Made by a program: the position numbers and the translations under genes. A stretch of 14,063 nt of DNA from Candidatus Rifleibacteriota bacterium (GTDB lineage Bacteria > Muiribacteriota > Ozemobacteria > Ozemobacterales > Ozemobacteraceae). The notes beneath the pieces were generated by a model that was not told the origin of the DNA, did no database searches, and saw only the letters and a list, made by a program, of their open reading frames with translations. The DNA lies in contig JBNJGH010000077.1 in the NCBI GenBank assembly GCA_051747585.1, positions 1 through 14,063 on the forward strand, in the 5' to 3' direction. Positions 1-8,575 of the stretch are shown here, piece by piece (position 1 is the first letter of the stretch; each line of letters starts with the position of its first letter).

Positions 1-14
1 TTCACCGTCCGGCT

Positions 15-80
15 TTCCGTCTATCAATAAGTATTCATAAAAACACTGGTGCTTTTCTGAATACTTATTGATAGACGGAA
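15..80. repeat. Perfect 23-bp inverted repeat (long hairpin)
   Basis: ttccgtctatcaataagtattca (15-37) is the exact reverse complement of tgaatacttattgatagacggaa (58-80). The 20-nt interior can pair further (aaaa-cac/gtg-c-tttt). Confidence 0.9.
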
Positions 81-93
81 CACAGGCTGAAAA

Positions 94-160
94 AGATTCT
101 CTGTGATTCTCTGAGAGCTCTGTGGTTATTTTCTTTATGGCTTTGCGGCTTGGTGTGAGA
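94..160. repeat. Short dispersed repeat cluster (ctctgtg-type and ctttgcgg-type motifs)
   Basis: Iterated ttctctg/ctctgtg motif at 94-128, followed by ctttgcggcttggtgtgaga. 94-112 recurs exactly, reverse-complemented, at 12591-12609. Confidence 0.55.
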
Positions 161-286
161 CAAATTCTTTTCTGAAACGAGTTGATAGTCGCTCACCGAG
201 AATTACTATATTTTTATAGTTGACTAGAGACCCTGTTTTGTTTAAAGCTATAAGAGATTTATAATGTATTTTTTTCTGGAGGAACT

Positions 287-2152
287 ATGTCCGAAGATTT
301 AGCTTTAGTTAAAGAATTAAAACATCGTGCAGCCAGAATACGCTGGCTATCTATTAAATCTACTGCAAAAGCGGGGTCGGGACACCCTACTTCGTGTTGC
401 TCTATCGCCGAAATCATGTCGGCCCTCTTTTTTAAAGTGATGCGTTATGACCCGAAGAACCCTGCATCAGACGAAAACGACCGACTGGTGTTGTCTAAAG
501 GTCACGCAGCTCCGGCTCTTTATGCTGCCTGGTGTGAAGCGGGTTTTCTTAAAGAAGAAGAAGTAATGACTCTGAGAGAAATGGGCTCAAAAATAGAAGG
601 GCATCCAATGCCCAGTCTTGAATTTGTAGACGTTGCAACAGGCTCTCTCGGACAAGGGCTGTCTGTTGGTCTGGGAATTGCCAAACACCAGCAGGCTGTT
701 GTAAAAAATGGCGCAAGAACCTTTGTTATTCTTGGCGATGGCGAAGTGGCCGAAGGTTCTGTATGGGAAGCTTTTGCCCTGGGCGCTAATCTAAAGCAGG
801 AAAACCTTGTTGCAATTATAGATGTTAACCGGCTTGGACAAAGTCGTGAAACAATGCATGGCCACGACATGAGAACCTATGCCAGAAAAGTTGAAGCCTT
901 TGGCTGGGAAGCAATAATTGTAGATGATGGCCATGATATCGAACAGGTTTTAAAATCTTTTGAGCAGGCCTTAAAAGTCAGTGGTAAACCTGTTTGTCTT
1001 ATTGCTCGAACCCTTAAAGGCGGCGGATTAAGCCAGATAGCTGACAAAGAAAACTGGCATGGAAAACCGATTCTTCCCGGCAAAGGGCTGGAAGAAGCAC
1101 TTGACGATGTTAATAAAGACATAATGAAATCGCCCCCTGCCCCTGTGATTGAAAAACCACAAAAAGCCGCAGCGACAATAAAAACCGGGCCCATCAACGT
1201 CAAGGTTGATCCCCCCCCTTACAGCAAAGGTGATAAAGCCGCCACCAGAAAAGCGGTTGGACCAGCTCTTACCGCTTTGGGAAAAGCAGAAGAACGTATA
1301 TGGGTAATAGATGGCGATACTCAGAATTCAACTTATTCACAAGCGTTTGGCGAGAAATACCCCGAACGCTTTGTAGAAAGTTTTATTGCTGAACAAAATA
1401 TGGCCGGCGTAGCTGCTGGTCTTGCTGCCAGAGGCCTGATACCTTTTGCCGTTACTTTTGGTGCATTTCTTGCAAGAGCTTTCGACCAGATTCGTATGGC
1501 TGCTCTTTCCGGTCTCAAGGTTAAATTTATCGGCACCCACGCCGGCATATCGATCGGTGAAGATGGCCCCTCGCAGATGGCCCTCGAAGACCTGGCGGCA
1601 TTCAGCACTTTGCCTGCCGGCACAGTGTTCTATCCGTCAGATGCAGTTTCGGCTTACAAATGTATAGTCAATCTGGCGAAACATGATGGCCCCGGCTATA
1701 TAAGACTTTCAAGACCTGCAAATCCTGTGCTTTACGATGCAAACGAAGAATTTCCAATCGGCGGTCTCAAGCTGATTAAAAAGGCTGACAATCCTTCTCT
1801 TACAATTGTTTCCGCCGGTGTAATTCTTCATGAAGTGCTTGCAGCAGTTAATGAATTAAAAAATCCTGAAAAAGTTCAAGTTGTTGATCTTTACTCATTG
1901 AAACCATTTCCAACTGAAGAACTGAAAAAAGTTGTAGAAGTTTCAAACGAAAATGTTGCCGTATTCGAAGAACATGCTCCTGAAGGCGGTATTGGCAGTG
2001 CAGTTGCTCTTAACCTGGCAGGAAAAATTAATAAATTTAAACATGTTGCGGTTAACGACGTGCCACGTTCAGGACCACCAGAAGCACTTCTGGCTTCATT
2101 CGGTCTTTCTGCAGATAAAATCAAAGAGTCTATCACCAGTCTCTTAGACTGA
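287..2152 (+). CDS. tkt: Transketolase (single-chain, animal TKT-like type)
   Basis: 621-aa ORF with GHPTSCCS, LSKGHAAP, EGHP, ATGSLGQG, ThDP-binding GDGE...N (DVNRLGQS), FIAEQNM and GEDGPSQMALED. RBS ggagg lies just upstream of the ATG. Confidence 0.95.
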   Translation: MSEDLALVKELKHRAARIRWLSIKSTAKAGSGHPTSCCSIAEIMSALFFKVMRYDPKNPASDENDRLVLSKGHAAPALYAAWCEAGFLKEEEVMTLREMGSKIEGHPMPSLEFVDVATGSLGQGLSVGLGIAKHQQAVVKNGARTFVILGDGEVAEGSVWEAFALGANLKQENLVAIIDVNRLGQSRETMHGHDMRTYARKVEAFGWEAIIVDDGHDIEQVLKSFEQALKVSGKPVCLIARTLKGGGLSQIADKENWHGKPILPGKGLEEALDDVNKDIMKSPPAPVIEKPQKAAATIKTGPINVKVDPPPYSKGDKAATRKAVGPALTALGKAEERIWVIDGDTQNSTYSQAFGEKYPERFVESFIAEQNMAGVAAGLAARGLIPFAVTFGAFLARAFDQIRMAALSGLKVKFIGTHAGISIGEDGPSQMALEDLAAFSTLPAGTVFYPSDAVSAYKCIVNLAKHDGPGYIRLSRPANPVLYDANEEFPIGGLKLIKKADNPSLTIVSAGVILHEVLAAVNELKNPEKVQVVDLYSLKPFPTEELKKVVEVSNENVAVFEEHAPEGGIGSAVALNLAGKINKFKHVAVNDVPRSGPPEALLASFGLSADKIKESITSLLD

Positions 2153-2156
2153 ACTT

Positions 2157-2201
2157 AAAAAAATTACCGGGACTGAATTTTCAGTTCCGGTAATTTTTTT
2201 T
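2157..2201 (+). terminator. Rho-independent terminator after tkt (potentially bidirectional)
   Basis: A-tract, ttaccgggactga/tcagttccggtaa stem, then T-tract, directly after the tkt stop codon. Confidence 0.85.
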
Positions 2202-2229
2202 ATTTTAGTAACAGTTTTGCTTCAACTTA

Positions 2230-2238
2230 TGCTAAATT
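2230..2238 (+). promoter_or_regulatory. Candidate extended -10 promoter for a leaderless udk mRNA
   Basis: TG-c-TAAATT ends 6 nt before the udk ATG. No Shine-Dalgarno is visible, and a terminator lies upstream. Confidence 0.45.
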
Positions 2239-2244
2239 ACCGCC

Positions 2245-2883
2245 ATGTACATAATAGGTATATGTGGTTTATCAGGTTCCGGTAAAAGTAGTGTTTCAAG
2301 AGCGGTTCTCGAGAGATTTCCCGGGAAAATCGGCGTTCTGGAACACGACATGTATTATTATGCTAAAAGAGACAAGCCCAAAATCAGTAATTATGACCAT
2401 CCTGATGCGCTTGAGACTGGTCTGATGATTAATCACATTAATCAACTACGTAATGGCAAAACTATTCAGAGGCCTATCTACGATTTTACCAGCTCTGACC
2501 GTATTAAGGAAACGGTTGAAGTAGCCCCCCACCCTATTTTGATCATCGAAGGTCTCTTGTTGTTCAATATTCCAGAGCTGATGCCTCTGCTGGATCTTCG
2601 CATCTATGTTGATGTTCCACTCGATATGGCAATAATCAGAAGGATAAAAAGAGACCATATTGACCGTGGCAGAACCATTAAAAGTATTATCAATCAATAC
2701 GAAAGTACAGTTAGAGACGCGGCAATAAATATGGTTCAGCCCTCCCGCTATCTCGCCGATTTGATTATTCCTCAGGGAGCAACCAACAGGGCCGGCCTCG
2801 AAGTTTTGTATGGTAAAATACGTGACCTTCTTTCCGGAGGCGATAAACCCAATGGCTTCATTACCGGAAAAGAAGCTTCTTAA
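2245..2883 (+). CDS. udk: Uridine kinase
   Basis: 212 aa with P-loop GICGLSGSGKS, HDMYY, NYDHPDA, PIYDF, IIEGLL, RRIKRD..RGR and ADLIIP, all typical of uridine/cytidine kinases. Confidence 0.92.
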   Translation: MYIIGICGLSGSGKSSVSRAVLERFPGKIGVLEHDMYYYAKRDKPKISNYDHPDALETGLMINHINQLRNGKTIQRPIYDFTSSDRIKETVEVAPHPILIIEGLLLFNIPELMPLLDLRIYVDVPLDMAIIRRIKRDHIDRGRTIKSIINQYESTVRDAAINMVQPSRYLADLIIPQGATNRAGLEVLYGKIRDLLSGGDKPNGFITGKEAS

Positions 2884-2889
2884 ACAAAA

Positions 2890-3570
2890 CTAAATTAATC
2901 CGTTTTCTCTGAAACTGAAGTAACCTTTTCCTTCGCGACCGACGATTATATGGTCAAGAAACCTTAGTTCAAGAGTTTCAGCGGCAGCCAACAAAGCGCC
3001 GGTAATTTTTCTATCTGCAGATGACGGAGTCAGCTGACCGGTAGGGTGATTGTGAACGACTATTATACCGGTTGAATTTAAAAGAAGGGCTCGTTTGACT
3101 ACCTTTCTCGGGTATACAGCCGTCTGGTCTTCTATTCCATGTGACAAAATCTCGTCTTTTATAATTCGATTTGAATTATCGAGAAAAATAACTCGAAACT
3201 GTTCTTCAGGTAGATTTGCCATTACTTTTCCCAGATATTCTACCAGCGAAGAAGCCGAAGATATAACAGGAGAACTGGCAAAAGCTTTTCGCCGAGCAGC
3301 AAAGTGAGAAATCTCAAGAAATAATTTGAGCAGCCTTACCGAATTTTCCCCTACTCCGTCTATTTTCAACAACGAATCTTTATCTGCAGCAAATACGGCT
3401 TCTATTGCGCCAAACTCTTTCAACAGCTTTTTGGCTATTGGTTTAGTATCTATGCGGGGCCTTGCAAAAAAAAGTATAAATTCAAGAATTTCATGTTCGG
3501 AAAAAGCATCAATGCCATTTTCATCAAACCTTGCTCGCAAGCGCTCTCTATGTCCGTTATTATCCTGCAA
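2890..3570 (-). CDS. radC: RadC family protein (HhH + JAB/MPN domain)
   Basis: GHRERLRARF N-terminal motif, HhH (IDGVGE) and JAB motif E...HNHPTG..PS.AD...LDHII. Start placed at TTG 3570, which is preceded by AGGAG. The ORF-track ATG at 3594 is the alternative. Confidence 0.92.
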   Translation of the reverse strand: MQDNNGHRERLRARFDENGIDAFSEHEILEFILFFARPRIDTKPIAKKLLKEFGAIEAVFAADKDSLLKIDGVGENSVRLLKLFLEISHFAARRKAFASSPVISSASSLVEYLGKVMANLPEEQFRVIFLDNSNRIIKDEILSHGIEDQTAVYPRKVVKRALLLNSTGIIVVHNHPTGQLTPSSADRKITGALLAAAETLELRFLDHIIVGREGKGYFSFRENGLI

Positions 3571-3592
3571 TTTTCCTCTCCTGCTTTCTTTC

Positions 3593-3621
3593 ATTATCTA
3601 AATAATTCTGTAAAATTTCAA
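3593..3621 (-). promoter_or_regulatory. Candidate sigma70 promoter for radC
   Basis: Minus strand TTGAAA (3621-3616), 17 bp, GATAAT (3598-3593). Confidence 0.45.
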
Positions 3622-3639
3622 GTAATTGAGTTAATTTCC

Positions 3640-3668
3640 TTGCTCTGAATAATCTAAAGCGTTAAAAT
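3640..3668 (+). promoter_or_regulatory. Candidate sigma70 promoter for pckA
   Basis: TTGCTC (3640-3645), 17 bp, TAAAAT (3663-3668). RBS aaggag lies upstream of ATG 3712. Confidence 0.5.
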
Positions 3669-3711
3669 CAGCCCATAGCATAGCAAACAGCTTAAGGCAA
3701 GGAGAAGGAAA

Positions 3712-5310
3712 ATGTCTGATTACAACTGCTTAAACTATCTTGGTCTTGCAACTGAGGGTAAAGTTTTACGAAACCGCCCTGTTCCTGAATTTATTGAACA
3801 GTCAATTTGTCGCGATGAAGGTCGACTGGCAGCCAATGGCGCTCTTTTGATCGATAAAAACAACGGCACCCGATTCGGGCGTTCTCCCAATGATAAGTTT
3901 GTAGTTAAAACAACCGGAACAGATGATGTCTGGTGGGGAGACATCAACAGACCTATTTCAGAAGACAACTGGAACAAAATTTTTCATCTGGCAAAAAATT
4001 ATGTAAAAAACAAAGATCTTTTTGTATTTGATGGTTACGCCGGAGCCGATAAAAACAATCGTCTTCAAGTTAGAGTAATAGCAGAAAAAGCCTGGCAGGC
4101 TCTTTTTTCCTGCACTCTATTCATTCGCCCCGGGGAAACCGACAATCTCGACTGCGACCCTGGTTTTACCGTTCTTGCTTTGAGCGATATGCCCATTCCC
4201 GAATGGAAAAATCTAGGGCTCAATTCTGAAGTATGTGTTGCAGTTAATTTTAAAGAAAAAATTATTCTTATTGCCGGCAGTCACTATGGCGGTGAAATTA
4301 AAAAAAGTATCTTTTCGGTAATGAATTATCTTCTGCCCAAAAAGGGAATTTTACCAATGCACTGCTCTGCCAACATAGGTAAGAACAACAAAACCGCTCT
4401 GTTTTTCGGCCTGAGCGGAACCGGCAAAACAACTCTATCTGCCGACCCCGACCGTAGACTTATCGGAGATGATGAACACGGCTGGACCGACAATGGTGTA
4501 TTTAATTTCGAAGGTGGCTGCTATGCCAAATGCATTCGTCTTTCTAAAGAAGCCGAACCTCAGATATATAATGCAATTCGCTTCGGCTCAATTCTTGAAA
4601 ATGTAATGGTAGACAATAGAAGAATACCCGACTATGATGATGACAGCATCACCGAAAATTCTCGCGCCACTTACCCTACCAGCCACATAGACAACTGTGT
4701 TCAAGAAGGTGTTGGCCCTCAACCCGAAAACATTTTCTTCCTTGCTGCCGATGCTTTCGGCGTTTTGCCTCCAATTGCAAGACTTACTCCCGAACAGGCG
4801 ATGTATCATTTCCTGTCAGGATATACTGCCAAATTAGCAGGAACCGAATCAGGCATAAATGAGCCTACTGCAACCTTTTCTGCTTGTTTTGGAGCCCCCT
4901 TTATGGTTCACCATCCTTTTACCTATGCAAAAATGCTTGGCGAAAAAATGAAAAAGCACAATACCAAAATATGGCTGGTAAATACCGGCTGGAGCGGCGG
5001 TGCTTACGGAGTTGGATCACGCATGAAAATTCAATATACCAGAGCATTACTTAAAGCCGCCCTAAACGGTGAGCTTAATCAGGTAAATTTTAAAAACGAC
5101 CCTATTTTTGGAGTAGAAATACCTCAGAAATGTCCAGGCGTGCCCCAGGAAATTTTAACTCCAATAAACACATGGGAAGACAAAGAAGCTTTTCAAAAAA
5201 CAGCTGCAGACCTGGCCCAACGTTTTAATAACAACTTTAAGAATTTTGAATCTCAGGTAGATTTAGAAGTAAAAAATGCCGGGCCGAAAATGCAGAAATC
5301 TACTGTTTAA
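3712..5310 (+). CDS. pckA: Phosphoenolpyruvate carboxykinase (ATP)
   Basis: 532 aa with GRSP.DKF, YGGEIKKS, MHCSAN, Walker A GLSGTGKTT, LIGDDEHGW, NFEGGCYAK, ENSRATYP, FSACFGAPF and LVNTGW. Confidence 0.97.
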   Translation: MSDYNCLNYLGLATEGKVLRNRPVPEFIEQSICRDEGRLAANGALLIDKNNGTRFGRSPNDKFVVKTTGTDDVWWGDINRPISEDNWNKIFHLAKNYVKNKDLFVFDGYAGADKNNRLQVRVIAEKAWQALFSCTLFIRPGETDNLDCDPGFTVLALSDMPIPEWKNLGLNSEVCVAVNFKEKIILIAGSHYGGEIKKSIFSVMNYLLPKKGILPMHCSANIGKNNKTALFFGLSGTGKTTLSADPDRRLIGDDEHGWTDNGVFNFEGGCYAKCIRLSKEAEPQIYNAIRFGSILENVMVDNRRIPDYDDDSITENSRATYPTSHIDNCVQEGVGPQPENIFFLAADAFGVLPPIARLTPEQAMYHFLSGYTAKLAGTESGINEPTATFSACFGAPFMVHHPFTYAKMLGEKMKKHNTKIWLVNTGWSGGAYGVGSRMKIQYTRALLKAALNGELNQVNFKNDPIFGVEIPQKCPGVPQEILTPINTWEDKEAFQKTAADLAQRFNNNFKNFESQVDLEVKNAGPKMQKSTV

Positions 5311-5358
5311 AAAAAAAAAAGAGCTGGCCGGGAATAAACCGGGCAGCTCTTTTTTTTT
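5309..5358. terminator. Bidirectional intrinsic terminator between convergent pckA and clpX
   Basis: A12 tract, gagctggccgg/ccgggcagctc stem (one mismatch), T9 tract. Confidence 0.88.
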
Positions 5359-5372
5359 GCTTTATATAATCA

Positions 5373-6725
5373 TCAAGCTGAAAGTTTATCGGCCTGCTCT
5401 TCTGCAGCTACGGCCTGTTCTATTTCAGAGTTCTCTTCGTTTTCGGTTTCTTCTTGAATTGCTTTTAATTCTTCGAGTTCTCTTTTAAAGTCTTCTTCTT
5501 GAACGGCAAGTTGTTTTTCTACATAATCTGCATCAACCACAATATTTTTATGATTTTTTTCGCGCAACATAAACATATCGTTACGTAATATGCGTTCAAA
5601 CACAGCTCTTAGACCACGGGCACCGGTTTTTCTTTCGAGGGCAATTTCGACAATTTTTTCAATTCCATCATCGGAAAAGTCGAGTTCGCATCCATCCATT
5701 TCGCAAAGCTTGGCATACTGGCGAATGATAGCATTTCGAGGTTCTTTAAGAATTCTAATATATTCTTCTTTGCCAAGGCCATTCAGTGCAACTTTTACCG
5801 GCAATCTGCCGACAAATTCCGGAATAAAGCCATATTCCATAAGGTCTTCTGCTTCAACCTGATGAAAATAACTGTAATCAGCTTTTTCTTTTGGTTGTGG
5901 ATCAGTGTTAAAACCAATGCCGGAATTCTTGCGTAAACGTTTTTCAATTAATTTCTCAAGGCCTACAAAAGCGCCGCCACAGATAAACAATATATGCCTG
6001 GTATCAAGCTTTACAACCTGCTGCGACATTGGATTTTTACGACCAGAGGTTAAAGGAACATTAGCCTGGGTTCCTTCAATAAGTTTAAGAAAAGCCTGTT
6101 GTACCCCTTCGCCCGAAACGTCGCGGGAAATTGAAACATTGTTTGAAGTTTTGGTTTTCTTGTCAATTTCATCGAGGTAGATAATGCCCTTTTGAGCCTC
6201 TTCAGCCTCATAATTGGCATCGATCAACAATGACAACAAAACATTTTCGACATCATCGCCGACATAGCCTGCTTCGGTAAAGCTGGTACAGTCTCCTATC
6301 GAAAATGGAACCTGCAAAATTTTAGACAGGGTTCGAGCAAGAAGTGTTTTGCCGCTTCCGGTAGGACCGAGCAGAAGAATATTAGATTTTTCAAATTCAA
6401 CATCTGTGTCATCGATCATCGAAAGAATTTTATAATGGTTGTACACTGCAAGAGAAATAGCTTTTTTAGCTGTTTCCTGCCCTATTACATATTCAGAAAG
6501 AGAGTCGTATATCTTTTTAGGGCTGTAATCTTTTACGATCTGGTGGAGATCAATTTTTCCGTTTGACTTCTCAGACTTAACTTTGTTTGCCATGCTGGCA
6601 TTTTTTCTGATAAATATATCATTTGCTGTTGATACACAGGTTTTGCAAAGAATAACGCCGTCTGTATTTTTTACAAAATCACCGCCACGACGAAGATCTT
6701 TTCCGCAAAATACGCAATAACTCAT
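5373..6725 (-). CDS. clpX: ATP-dependent Clp protease ATP-binding subunit ClpX
   Basis: N-terminal C4 zinc domain (CVFC...CKTC), Walker A GPTGSGKT, pore-1 GYVG, Walker B IIYLDEIDK, pore-2 RDVSGEGVQQ, IGF loop and TGARGLR. RBS aggag upstream. Confidence 0.94.
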   Translation of the reverse strand: MSYCVFCGKDLRRGGDFVKNTDGVILCKTCVSTANDIFIRKNASMANKVKSEKSNGKIDLHQIVKDYSPKKIYDSLSEYVIGQETAKKAISLAVYNHYKILSMIDDTDVEFEKSNILLLGPTGSGKTLLARTLSKILQVPFSIGDCTSFTEAGYVGDDVENVLLSLLIDANYEAEEAQKGIIYLDEIDKKTKTSNNVSISRDVSGEGVQQAFLKLIEGTQANVPLTSGRKNPMSQQVVKLDTRHILFICGGAFVGLEKLIEKRLRKNSGIGFNTDPQPKEKADYSYFHQVEAEDLMEYGFIPEFVGRLPVKVALNGLGKEEYIRILKEPRNAIIRQYAKLCEMDGCELDFSDDGIEKIVEIALERKTGARGLRAVFERILRNDMFMLREKNHKNIVVDADYVEKQLAVQEEDFKRELEELKAIQEETENEENSEIEQAVAAEEQADKLSA

Positions 6726-6806
6726 TTTTTTTCTCCTGTGGTTAAATAGCCTTTTTTCTGCAATTTAAGTGGTTGTATTCTATATGAAAGTTACTAAAAT
6801 CTAAAG

Positions 6807-6840
6807 AAAAAAAAGCAGCCGCATTAATGCGGCTGCTTTC
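6807..6840 (-). terminator. Intrinsic terminator after the metalloprotease gene
   Basis: Minus strand aaagcagccgca-ttaa-tgcggctgc followed by T8, just after the stop at 6853. Confidence 0.88.
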
Positions 6841-6852
6841 GCTCGTTATAAA

Positions 6853-8493
6853 TTAAAGCTCGTTATGAAGCTTGAAGAATTTTTTAGTTTTATTAAGGTC
6901 AGATTCAGTCAGAACAGCGCCATTGTAGTTTTCCGCGATAATACCGCGTTTTGCAAAAACTTCATCGATGGCCTGAATATTTTTACCATCAAATAAATTT
7001 TTGTCTGCAGTCACTATTGCGTTGTATCCGTCGATGAATTCAGGGCGGCTGCCATTCAGATAAAAATGACTTTTGAAGATAAGCTTATCTGAAATTTCTC
7101 TGCCAAGTGCTTGTCTTATATCCCAGAGGGTGGCACCCCAGATTTTGCCGTCTGCATGAACTTCACCTTCGATATCTTCTGGATAATGAAGATCATTTTC
7201 GAGAATTCTAAGGTAAGGGCGATCCATTTTAGCGCATACATATTCACCAAGAGCTTCGTCTTCCGTATAAGTGCAGGCAAAATAGTCGGCCTGACCTTCG
7301 TTTATAGCTCCTGATTCGCCACTGTAAGCCAGATAGGTGATCGAATGCAGAATAGCGTGTGAGTATTCATGATATGCAACTGAAGCCTCTTTTGCCAGAT
7401 CATTGAATTTGTCACCATCGCCAAAAGCAAATGACTGCTGCCAGGGGCTGAAATAAGCATTGTCATAATTGGTACCTTTATGAACTACGGCACGCATTGG
7501 CTTATCAAGTCCATCATAACCAAGTTCATTTTTATAAAAATCATGAATAGTAGTTATGTAATTATACATATTTACTTCATCGAAATGGGTGTTTTCGGGA
7601 TCGTAAATGTGCACATTTTCTGCATTTTCAGACTCGTCGGTATCTTCGTTGATTATTTTTGCATATTTACCGGTCAGAGTGTTTGTGGTCAGATGATAAA
7701 GCGGCTCTGTTGTCACTTCGCATTTTAATGGATTCGTCACATATACAGCACCTTCACCTGTGGCAAATTGCATTTCATTATTCATTCTGATTACATCGCC
7801 ATTATCTGCATCTATAACGATTTCCCAGTCACCGAGTGGATTTTCTACCGAAAGTCGGGTTACGTAAGCCATTCTGGCTTTACCCTCACCTACGGGCACA
7901 ATCTGTAATTCAGCCTGAGGAACAGCTCTGAATTTATCGGCTTTTATTGCCTGTTTTGCCTGACCAATGGCCTGGTATTTGCCGATCACAATCTGATTGT
8001 CAATTTCATTGACTGTAGGGAAAGAGCCATTTGCAAGTGTAACTACAGATTCTGAATCAAGATGCAGTTGAACTATTGCTTCATTAACTGCGACTCCATT
8101 GAGAAACATCTGGAAAACGATATGAGAAGCATTTTCCCCTTTTTCGACTTTAACCGGACGCATTATGTCAACATCGCGATTGGGCGGAAGATTGAAAACC
8201 TTATGATTTTCAAGGATATATGACTTTGCGGATTCTAGCAGATCACCGGATAGTGGAGAGGAAAGCTCACCGCGTACACTTGAGACTCTCTGGCCATCTT
8301 TGGTGACCTTTAGCATTTTTACGCCGCTTGAAAAAGCTTTACTGGTAAAAATATCTTTTAAAAGCTCTTCACTTACCTGTACCTTTTCATTACTTTTTTT
8401 GCCTGTATTTATCTGCGTTGGTGAAACATCAAACGCAAAAACCTGCGTACAACATAGAATTGCGCCCAGGGCCAGAATCAGAAACTTATTCAT
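6853..8493 (-). CDS. Secreted zinc metalloprotease, thermolysin (M4)/fungalysin (M36)-like, with signal peptide and FTP/PepSY-like propeptide
   Basis: Hydrophobic N-terminus ending VFA, propeptide ending in IDADNGDVI (PepSY-like), YDNAYF, HEYSH (HExxH), GAINEGQAD third ligand and EVHADG. RBS GGAGG. Confidence 0.88.
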   Translation of the reverse strand: MNKFLILALGAILCCTQVFAFDVSPTQINTGKKSNEKVQVSEELLKDIFTSKAFSSGVKMLKVTKDGQRVSSVRGELSSPLSGDLLESAKSYILENHKVFNLPPNRDVDIMRPVKVEKGENASHIVFQMFLNGVAVNEAIVQLHLDSESVVTLANGSFPTVNEIDNQIVIGKYQAIGQAKQAIKADKFRAVPQAELQIVPVGEGKARMAYVTRLSVENPLGDWEIVIDADNGDVIRMNNEMQFATGEGAVYVTNPLKCEVTTEPLYHLTTNTLTGKYAKIINEDTDESENAENVHIYDPENTHFDEVNMYNYITTIHDFYKNELGYDGLDKPMRAVVHKGTNYDNAYFSPWQQSFAFGDGDKFNDLAKEASVAYHEYSHAILHSITYLAYSGESGAINEGQADYFACTYTEDEALGEYVCAKMDRPYLRILENDLHYPEDIEGEVHADGKIWGATLWDIRQALGREISDKLIFKSHFYLNGSRPEFIDGYNAIVTADKNLFDGKNIQAIDEVFAKRGIIAENYNGAVLTESDLNKTKKFFKLHNEL

Positions 8494-8527
8494 CTAATAC
8501 CTCCATACCTTTTAAACTTATTTAGCT

Positions 8528-8556
8528 ATTATACCATTCAAAAACAAAAAGTGGAA
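8528..8556 (-). promoter_or_regulatory. Candidate extended -10 sigma70 promoter for the protease gene
   Basis: Minus strand TTCCAC (8556-8551), 17 bp ending in TGG, TATAAT (8533-8528). Confidence 0.55.
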
Positions 8557-8575
8557 GCCCCCCCTGAGGTACAAT

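Noticed and set aside
182..265. tkt promoter candidates (TTGATA/TACTAT, TTGACT, TTGTTT/TATAAT)
   Set aside because: Several overlapping imperfect candidates in AT-rich DNA; I cannot choose one from sequence alone.
2890..3594. radC as a marker of a mobile element or anti-defence locus
   Set aside because: It is the full-length HhH+JAB chromosomal form among housekeeping genes, not the short JAB-only form typical of mobile elements.
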